From Longimicrobiales bacterium (lineage in GTDB: Bacteria; Gemmatimonadota; Gemmatimonadetes; Longimicrobiales; Gaopeijiaceae): a stretch of 64,000 nucleotides of DNA. Below, one piece after another: positions 18,747 through 25,875 of the stretch. The translations under genes were made by a program, and so were the position numbers. Positions within the stretch are counted from its first letter, which is position 1; each line of letters begins with the position of its first letter. The notes beneath the pieces are model-generated. The model saw only the letters and a program-made list of their open reading frames with translations, was not told the DNA's origin and did not search any database. The stretch spans positions 446-64,445 of the forward strand of contig JBEBGN010000004.1 in assembly GCA_040081395.1 (NCBI GenBank), in the 5' to 3' direction.

Positions 18747-18830
18747 ATAGACGACTCTCCAACGCACCCTAGGTTCGAGACGACTCCCTGTCGTCTCTCG
18801 TGCATTTCGAGTCTCGGTGCGGTGGCGTCG

Positions 18831-19427
18831 TTAAACGCCGATCACCACAGCGATCAGCCGACCGGGTCCGTGCACGCCCTTCACCATGACGTGACCGATG
18901 TCGGCGGACTTGGATGGTCCGGAGTGCAAGCCGAGCGCCGAGGGTAGGTCCGCGCGTAAGGTCATCAACGCGGAGCGAAACGTGTCGTGCACATCGCGTC
19001 GATGCACGAACACGACGTGGGTGGGCGGGAGGAGTTGAGCGCGGCGCCCGTCGCGGGCGTCCATGACCAACGAGCCCGTCTCGGCGATCGCGCAGCGCGC
19101 CATCGAGACACCGAGAGGTGCTTCGTCGGGCACGCGCTCCGGCAGGCTGGGACGGAGCGCAGCGGGCACGGTCGCTCCCGACGCGGCGGAAGGAAAGTCG
19201 GCCGCGAAGCGCGCGAGCCATGCCGCAGCGGTCGGCTCGTCCGGTTGGCACACGACCTCGCCCCCAGCGCTCTCGAGCATTGCCCTGAAGCCCTCGACGC
19301 CTGCGCGCACGGCACCGTCTGGTCGCCACCCCTCGAAGGGACGCGGCAGGTTGGTCGTCTCGCGATCCCTCAACGCGTCGCGGACTCGCCCGAGGATGCG
19401 GTCTCTCGCTGCGTTTGGCCCACTCAC
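18831..19427 (-). CDS. lutC: Lactate utilization protein C (LUD domain, YkgG-like)
   Basis: LUD-domain pattern (IAETGSLVM...LLPPTHVVFV...SKSADIG). The GTG at 19427 overlaps the lutB TGA (GTGA). Confidence 0.85.
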   Translation of the reverse strand: MSGPNAARDRILGRVRDALRDRETTNLPRPFEGWRPDGAVRAGVEGFRAMLESAGGEVVCQPDEPTAAAWLARFAADFPSAASGATVPAALRPSLPERVPDEAPLGVSMARCAIAETGSLVMDARDGRRAQLLPPTHVVFVHRRDVHDTFRSALMTLRADLPSALGLHSGPSKSADIGHVMVKGVHGPGRLIAVVIGV

Positions 19428-20821
19428 TCGATGCCGTCCTTCCACAGAGAGCGGAAGCTCTTCGGACTCGGCTCCGGCGCCGAGCGCTCCTGCATCCATC
19501 CGCTCAGAATCGGGAGTGCGCGCCCACCGGCGCTCCATGGCAGCACACGCATCAGTGCGGCCCCGACGTCGAACAAGCCACGATGCTCGGCAGCGGCTGT
19601 GAAGGCGGTGATGCCGATGGCTTCGGTGGTGGATCCGAGGCCCGCTTCGACGGCCTTCTCGCGCCAATGGAGCAACAGGTCTGGAATCGGGATGCGAACG
19701 GGGCAAGCGTCGGCGCAAGCGCCGCAGAGCGTAGACGCGAACGGGAGGGGCATGGATTCCTCCAGCCCGAGGAGCGCCGGCGCGATGATTGCCCCGATGG
19801 GACCCGAGTAGGTCCATCCGTACGCGTGTCCCCCCGTCTGACGGTAGACCGGGCAGATGTTCAGGCACGCGCCGCAGCGCACGCATCGCAACGCTTCCCA
19901 CGCGGCATCGTCGGCGAGCAGGCGCGTTCGGCCGTTGTCCACAAAGACGACGTGCACTTCTTCCGGGCCGTCCGACTCGTCCTGCCTCCGCGGCCCCTGG
20001 ATGAGCGACACGTAGTTGCCGATCGGCTGGCCGGTGGAGGCGCGCGTAGTGAGCTGCACGAATCCGGCGATGTCCTCCAGCCTCGGTACGATCTTCTCGA
20101 TGCCCACGAACGCGACATGCACACGCGGAAGCGAGGTGCTGAGGCGAATATTCCCTTCGTTCTCGATCAACGCGATGGTGCCGGTGTCCGCCGCCAGGAA
20201 GTTCGCGCCGCTGATCCCGAGGTCGGCAGCCAGGAACTCTTTGCGCAGGACCTCCCGCGCGGCGCGCGCCAGCGTGTCGGGATCCCCGTCCAGGGGCGTG
20301 CCGAAGCGTTCGTGAAACAGCTTCTGGCAGTCGGCCACGCTCAGGTGGATGGCAGGCCCCACGATGTGCGTCGGTGGCTGGTCGAGCATCTGGACGATGT
20401 ACTCGCCCAGGTCCCCTTCGCGTACGTGGACCCCGAGGCCTTCCAGGTGCGCGTTCACGCCGAGCTCTTCCGTGAGCATGCTCTTGCCCTTGATCGCGCG
20501 CTTCAGGTCGTGCTCGCGCACGATGCCGCGTAGCGCGGTGAGCGCGTCGGTGGCGGTCTCGGCCCAGTGCACGTGCACGCCGTTGGCGACGAGGCTCGCC
20601 TCGGCTTGCTCGAGGTACCGATCGAGGTGCGTGAGCATGTGCGTCTTCACGTCGCGCGCCCAGTCACGCCAACGACTCGAGTCGATCTCGGCGTAGGCGC
20701 GTCCGCGGTTCACGTTCGAGTGGTCGGTGGCTGCGGTCACCGCCGCGCGCACGCCCGGCTGCTCGATGATCGTGCGCGCCGCCACTGCCCGGTAACGCCC
20801 CGGCCCGGTGCCGCCGCTCAT
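19424..20821 (-). CDS. lutB: Lactate utilization iron-sulfur protein B (YkgF-like, 4Fe-4S + LUD domain)
   Basis: CVRCGACLNICPVY and CGACADACPV ferredoxin-type clusters. The ATG at 20821 overlaps the lutA TGA (ATGA). Confidence 0.9.
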   Translation of the reverse strand: MSGGTGPGRYRAVAARTIIEQPGVRAAVTAATDHSNVNRGRAYAEIDSSRWRDWARDVKTHMLTHLDRYLEQAEASLVANGVHVHWAETATDALTALRGIVREHDLKRAIKGKSMLTEELGVNAHLEGLGVHVREGDLGEYIVQMLDQPPTHIVGPAIHLSVADCQKLFHERFGTPLDGDPDTLARAAREVLRKEFLAADLGISGANFLAADTGTIALIENEGNIRLSTSLPRVHVAFVGIEKIVPRLEDIAGFVQLTTRASTGQPIGNYVSLIQGPRRQDESDGPEEVHVVFVDNGRTRLLADDAAWEALRCVRCGACLNICPVYRQTGGHAYGWTYSGPIGAIIAPALLGLEESMPLPFASTLCGACADACPVRIPIPDLLLHWREKAVEAGLGSTTEAIGITAFTAAAEHRGLFDVGAALMRVLPWSAGGRALPILSGWMQERSAPEPSPKSFRSLWKDGIE

Positions 20822-21549
20822 CGCGGGACGCCCGCTCCCACACCCCGCCAGAGCGCGCTCGCCAGGTGCAGAAAGCGCGGTTGGCCGGGTCGACGCGCGG
20901 CCCGACCGGAGAGCTGGAGGAGGCACCCCGCGTCGGTCGAGGTGACGAAGTCGCCCGGGGGGAGCGTGCCGAGCTTGCGGTCCGCCATACCGGCCGAGAC
21001 CTCGGGGAGCTTGGCGCTGAACAGACCGCCGAAGCCGCAGCACTCCTCTGCGGCCACCCACGGAATCACCTCGGCGCCACAGCCGCGCAGGAGATTCTGC
21101 GGCTCGTCACGCACGCCGAGCTCCCGTAGAGCATGACAGCTGTGGTGGTAGATCACGCGCGCGCCGGCGAGGCCTGAACCGAGACGCTCGACGCCGAGCA
21201 CGCCCACCAAGAACTGTGACAGCTCGTAGGTCCGCCCGGCCAACGACTGCGCAGCGCCGTCCCCTCCGGGAAGCAGGGAAGGGTAGAAACAGCGGAGCAT
21301 CCCCGCGCAGCTCCCCGAGGGAAGCACGACGTACTCCGCGTCGCGCAGGACGTCGAGAGTGTGCCGAGCCATGCGCGCTGCCTCGCTCCGGCGGCCCGCG
21401 TTGAACGCGGGTTGTCCGCAGCACGTCTGACCCGAGGGAACGTCGACGTGCGCGCCAAGGTGCCGCAGCAGTCGCACCGTGTCCGCGCAGGCCTCTGCGT
21501 AGAACTGATCCGCGAGGCAGGTGGCGAAGAGGGCGACCCGGATACTCAC
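20818..21549 (-). CDS. lutA: Lactate utilization protein A ((Fe-S)-binding CCG-domain oxidoreductase, YkgE-like)
   Basis: Two CCG motifs (QTCCGQPAFN, ECCGFGGLF). The GTG at 21549 overlaps the upstream gene's TGA (GTGA). Confidence 0.9.
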   Translation of the reverse strand: MSIRVALFATCLADQFYAEACADTVRLLRHLGAHVDVPSGQTCCGQPAFNAGRRSEAARMARHTLDVLRDAEYVVLPSGSCAGMLRCFYPSLLPGGDGAAQSLAGRTYELSQFLVGVLGVERLGSGLAGARVIYHHSCHALRELGVRDEPQNLLRGCGAEVIPWVAAEECCGFGGLFSAKLPEVSAGMADRKLGTLPPGDFVTSTDAGCLLQLSGRAARRPGQPRFLHLASALWRGVGAGVPR

Positions 21550-23123
21550 AGGGTCGGCGCGTCCGGGTCGGGCAGAACCTCGAACACCGCCTCTCGTTGT
21601 GTCTCGAGTGCGAGCCTGTAGCGCGGGTCGTTGAGCAGGTAGAGCGAGAAGCGGGGGTTGCGATAGGGCTCGACCACCACCCAGCGCGCGCCGAAGTGGT
21701 CGGTGAGCACCCGGTGCGTGTCGTTCGCGTCGCCGCTCGCGCACGGGAACGCATCGCACGTCCACTCGGTGTTCAAGTCGGCCGACAGATAGAAGAACTC
21801 CCAATAGCGCCGCGAGTCGTGCGCGAGCTGGAAGACCGGATCCATCCCACCCAGGTAGCGGCTCGTGCGATTGTGGGCCAAGAGTGGTCCGAAGTTGTCC
21901 CACTTGGCGTGGAAGACGACGTCACCGGGAGTGGCCTGCCCCTCCAGGAAGTCCGCCACCTGCGCCATGGTGTCCGGGGGTGAAGCCACGAGCTCCACGT
22001 TGAGCGCGTATCGCCACGCGCCCCAGCCCAGATGCCCGGCCAGGACGAGCGCGCCTGCGGCGCGGACGGCACGGCGTGCCGTCAGCGTGCGCACTTGGTC
22101 CCAGAGGAACGGGAAGGCGAGGGCCCCGAACGCGACCCAGTACTCCATGGCCCTCCTCGCGGAGAACAGCGTGAGGAGCAGGAACGCGGTCGATACGAGC
22201 AGTGCGCTCACGAGGAGCGTGCGCTGCTCTGGCCTCGCCCGGAGTCCGCCGGTCGCCACGCCGTGGATGGCCACACCGATGGCCGCGAGCCAGGCAATGA
22301 GGAAGAGCCATGACGTCCTGGTCAGCTCTCCGAGCGACAGCGGATAAAGCTCGGCCGCGAACGTGAGTGGCTCTTCGGTGGCCTTTTCGGCGAGCAGTCG
22401 GATGATCTGCACGCCCGCGAGCGCAGCCGTGTCGATGGGATGCGGGCGCAGGAGCCAGCCCGCGCCCACGCCGAGCGTCACCGCCGCGATCGCGGTGATC
22501 GGTGCGACGCTCTCCGGGGCGCGTGGAACGACCAGTCCCCGCTCGACGGCCCGAACGAACGCATACGCCACGGCCACCGCGATCGGGGCCCACGCCAGTC
22601 CGATGTGAACCCAGGCGACCGCCGCGCCGAGCAGCGCTGCCTGCCACCAGCGTCCACGGACCAGCACCGCGAGGAGGAGGAGCGCGCCCGCGAGCGAGAG
22701 CATGTGCGGGCGCAGCATGACCTGGCGGAAGAGCACATTCGGCACGGCGAGAAAGAACACCAGCGTCCACCAGGTGGCCGACTCGACGCTGTGTCGCCGA
22801 AGCGCAACATAGAAGCTGCCGACCAGCAGGACCGTCAGCATCAGCGCGGCGAGGCGGATGCCCCAGGCCACCGAGTCCAGGGCAGCGATCGGCACGAGCG
22901 CAACGTGGAAGCCCCACCAGAGGTCCGCGCCGCGGTCCGCGATGACGGACTGCGTGGCCCAGGGAAAGGACGTGTCGAAGATGGAGCCTTCGGCGTACGC
23001 CGCGGCATGCCCGAAGTGATAGAAGGCATCCGGGTCTGCGATCTTCGGGAACAGCGATGCGTGCGCCACCAGCACGGCCAGGACCAGGACGATCCCGGGG
23101 AGCGTCGGGGCGCGGTGTATCAC
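21546..23123 (-). CDS. Polytopic membrane protein with a C-terminal soluble domain (possibly glycosyltransferase-C-like; unassigned)
   Basis: About 11 hydrophobic segments. First loop has ADPDAFYHFGHA. About 170-aa non-hydrophobic C-terminus. GTG start 4 nt after the desaturase stop. Confidence 0.65.
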   Translation of the reverse strand: MIHRAPTLPGIVLVLAVLVAHASLFPKIADPDAFYHFGHAAAYAEGSIFDTSFPWATQSVIADRGADLWWGFHVALVPIAALDSVAWGIRLAALMLTVLLVGSFYVALRRHSVESATWWTLVFFLAVPNVLFRQVMLRPHMLSLAGALLLLAVLVRGRWWQAALLGAAVAWVHIGLAWAPIAVAVAYAFVRAVERGLVVPRAPESVAPITAIAAVTLGVGAGWLLRPHPIDTAALAGVQIIRLLAEKATEEPLTFAAELYPLSLGELTRTSWLFLIAWLAAIGVAIHGVATGGLRARPEQRTLLVSALLVSTAFLLLTLFSARRAMEYWVAFGALAFPFLWDQVRTLTARRAVRAAGALVLAGHLGWGAWRYALNVELVASPPDTMAQVADFLEGQATPGDVVFHAKWDNFGPLLAHNRTSRYLGGMDPVFQLAHDSRRYWEFFYLSADLNTEWTCDAFPCASGDANDTHRVLTDHFGARWVVVEPYRNPRFSLYLLNDPRYRLALETQREAVFEVLPDPDAPTL

Positions 23124-23127
23124 CTCG

Positions 23128-24153
23128 TCAGGCGGCCGCCCGCATCCTCTTGAGGTCCTTGAAGCGGATCAGCTTGCGGCTCTCTTCGTCCCACAGCGCG
23201 AGGTTGATCAGCTTGATCGTGTCCCGGAAGCGGACCTTGTTCACGACGTGGAACTCCGGATTCTCGTCGTGCACCTGTTGGAGCTTGTAGTTCGGAATGC
23301 GCGCGCTCATGTGGTGCACGTGGTGTACGCCGATGCTCGCGGTCAGCCACTGGAGCGGCTTCGGCAGCACGAGATACGAGCTTCCATGGAGGGACGCGTC
23401 GTAGTAGTCCCACTCCTGGTGCCAGTGCCAGTAGGTGTCCTCGTACTGGTGCTGCACGTAGAACATCCAGATGCCGATCGTGGACGCGATGAGCGTGATC
23501 GGAAGCTGTACCAGCAGGAAGCGGTCGAGTCCGATGGTCGCCCACGCCACCGCGAGCACGCCGACGAGCGCGACGTTCGTCCACCACACGCTTGCCCAGG
23601 CCTGCTTCCAATCCCGCGGAACGTCCCAGGGAAAGCGATGCTTGACGATGAACTGGAAGAACGGCGCCAGGCCGAAGAGCACGAGCGGGTGGCGATAGAG
23701 TCGATAGCGCAGACGTCGGGACTTCGGCCACGACAGGTACTCGCGCACGGTGAACGTGTCGACGTCGCCGAAGCCCCTGAAGTCCAGGTCTCCCGAGTGC
23801 GCGTGGTGGTACGCGTGCGTGCGCTTCCAGTAGTCGTACGGAGTCAGGAGCACGACCCCGATGCACCTGCCCACCCAGTCCCGCGCGTCGCGTGAGTGAA
23901 AGAACGAGCCATGACCGCAGTCGTGCTGGATCATGAACATCCGCATCAGGAATCCCGCGGCGGGAATCGCCACCAACAGGGTCAGCCAATACCCCACCTC
24001 GAGGCTCCGCAGGGCCAACCACCAAAGCGCCACGAATGGAATCACGGAGGTGAGGATCTGCGTCACGCTCCGCCGCGTATCGGCGCCCAGATACGGCTCC
24101 AGGATGTGATTCCAGCGCTCCACGGCCTCACGGTCGGGCTTGCGGTGGCTCAT
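23128..24153 (-). CDS. Membrane fatty-acid (acyl-lipid) desaturase
   Basis: Three histidine boxes: HDCGH, HAYHH, HHVHH. Confidence 0.9.
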   Translation of the reverse strand: MSHRKPDREAVERWNHILEPYLGADTRRSVTQILTSVIPFVALWWLALRSLEVGYWLTLLVAIPAAGFLMRMFMIQHDCGHGSFFHSRDARDWVGRCIGVVLLTPYDYWKRTHAYHHAHSGDLDFRGFGDVDTFTVREYLSWPKSRRLRYRLYRHPLVLFGLAPFFQFIVKHRFPWDVPRDWKQAWASVWWTNVALVGVLAVAWATIGLDRFLLVQLPITLIASTIGIWMFYVQHQYEDTYWHWHQEWDYYDASLHGSSYLVLPKPLQWLTASIGVHHVHHMSARIPNYKLQQVHDENPEFHVVNKVRFRDTIKLINLALWDEESRKLIRFKDLKRMRAAA

Positions 24154-24247
24154 CGGGTCGCGGTCTGGGGTGGGTCAAAGTGCGCGGCCCCGACGGTAGG
24201 AGCACCACCCGACCGGGACAAGTGGGGGGCGACCGCCCCCGCGTGTC

Positions 24248-25321
24248 CTACAGAACCACCTGGCTCTCCAGTCGCAGTTGCGCGGCGCGAGCGCACCCCT
24301 GCATGACCTGGAAGTACCGCTGCACCGACTCCTCGCCCACGATGTACGGATGGGTCCCTGCGGGAACGCCCATCAGCTGTAGGGCTCTCCAACCGGCGAG
24401 CAGACGGTTCTTCGTCGTGGCGCTGTCGAACTCGGAGTGGTTCGACAGGATGACCGTGGCGCCGGTGCTCGCGGCCTGCTCTGCCATGTGGCGTTGCGAG
24501 TCGATGTAGGTCTGGAAGTTCTGGATTCCCGGGTTGGGCGCGTTGTTCACGAAGTTGAACGCGGTACCACCCGAGTAGGCGACGTTCACGGGCCTACCGT
24601 TCTCCTGTACGGTGAACGTGTACGACAGCGTGCCGGGTGTGTGGCCGGGGGTCTCCCAGACGGTGACCGAAGCGTCCCCCAGTGTGATGCGCATGCCGTC
24701 CGTCGCGACGATGTCCCGCCGCGGCGCCATCGTCCGATAGCGGTTGGGGTAGCGCTCGACCAGATCCCAATCGGGGGCGCCCATGACCACCCTCGCGCCG
24801 TACCGCTCCTGGAGCATCTGCGCTCCGCCGATGTGATCTCCGTGCGCGTGCGAGATGATGACGTAGCGGATGTCGGCAGGATCGAGTCCGAGACGGCGCA
24901 GACCTCCGATCACCAGCTCTTCGGAGTTATACGGGTAGATCGTGTCGAGGATGATGATGCCCTCGCTGGTGGTGATCGCCCACGAACTGTGCTCACTCCC
25001 ACCGACGAAATAGAAATTGTCGAAGACCCGAGCCGGGTCGGCGTACCAGTTCTCGCGAGGGGGCGCGGTGGAGGGGTCGGTCACGTAGCGCGGCACGTTG
25101 TCGTTCGTGTTCTCGCCCCCGCTCGCAGGTAGTAGACAGATCCGGTTGAGCGTGCCGAGATGCTCGGTGCCGGCGGCCTGTTTGGCCGAACGGATCGCAT
25201 CCTCGATCTCCGCATCGAAGTCGCGACCGCGGTTGCCCTGAGCGGCCAATGGGGTCGTACAGCCGAGTGCGACCGTGGCGAATGCCAAGGCGCCGACGTA
25301 GGGGACGGCAACTGATCTCAT
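24248..25321 (-). CDS. Secreted metallo-beta-lactamase-fold hydrolase (subclass B3-like motif set)
   Basis: Signal peptide, HAHGDH (HxHxDH), TPGHTPG, LSNH. Confidence 0.8.
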   Translation of the reverse strand: MRSVAVPYVGALAFATVALGCTTPLAAQGNRGRDFDAEIEDAIRSAKQAAGTEHLGTLNRICLLPASGGENTNDNVPRYVTDPSTAPPRENWYADPARVFDNFYFVGGSEHSSWAITTSEGIIILDTIYPYNSEELVIGGLRRLGLDPADIRYVIISHAHGDHIGGAQMLQERYGARVVMGAPDWDLVERYPNRYRTMAPRRDIVATDGMRITLGDASVTVWETPGHTPGTLSYTFTVQENGRPVNVAYSGGTAFNFVNNAPNPGIQNFQTYIDSQRHMAEQAASTGATVILSNHSEFDSATTKNRLLAGWRALQLMGVPAGTHPYIVGEESVQRYFQVMQGCARAAQLRLESQVVL

Positions 25322-25345
25322 GGGGATCCTCGTGGGTGCGTCCGG

Positions 25346-25804
25346 TCAGCGCATGGGCGAGAAGTCGGTCGGATCGAGGTACATCCGCACCACCTGCGAC
25401 ACGATGCGTCCGTCCCGCTGCGACTCCTCGGAGACGCGCTGCCATTCCGGGTCCGCAGCGAAGTCGCGCCACGCCTGGTCGGCAACGGCGCGAGACGGAT
25501 GCGCGAGCAGGTACACGAGCGTGTTCTGGCGCAGCGTCGTGTCCTGGGGGAGCCAGTAGCCGACGTTGGTCATGCCATGGCGCTCGAAGATCCGCATGGT
25601 GTGATCGCGGAACCGGGTCTGGAGCGCGTCCAGCTTTCCTTCCGGAGCCGTATACGTACGCAACTCGAACACGCGATCCGCGGCCTGGAGCGTTGTGAGG
25701 GGGCTCGCTTGCGCCTCCTGGACGGTGCCGACTCTGCCGAGCAGGAAGCCTGCTCCGAACAGCGCGACCATCGAACCGGCGAGCAAGGCTCGCTTCGTAG
25801 CCAT
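25346..25804 (-). CDS. NIPSNAP-family protein with an N-terminal signal/anchor
   Basis: ELRTYTAPEGKLDALQTRFRDHTMRIFERHGMTNVGYW matches the NIPSNAP pattern. Start set to the ATG at 25804 (MATKRALLAGSMVALFGAGFLLG). Confidence 0.7.
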   Translation of the reverse strand: MATKRALLAGSMVALFGAGFLLGRVGTVQEAQASPLTTLQAADRVFELRTYTAPEGKLDALQTRFRDHTMRIFERHGMTNVGYWLPQDTTLRQNTLVYLLAHPSRAVADQAWRDFAADPEWQRVSEESQRDGRIVSQVVRMYLDPTDFSPMR

Positions 25805-25875
25805 CGTCGGGTACTCCTTGCCGAATGTGAGCGTCCGGCCGACGAGATTCGGCGCCGGACGACGTTCCAGCAAGT

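Noticed and set aside
24248-25321. Calling the two MBL-fold proteins (24248-25321 and 58633-59535) bona fide carbapenemases or resistance genes.
   Set aside because: The HxHxDH ligand set is shared by many non-lactamase hydrolases. Without phylogenetic placement or activity data, only 'MBL-fold hydrolase (B3-like motif set)' is supportable.
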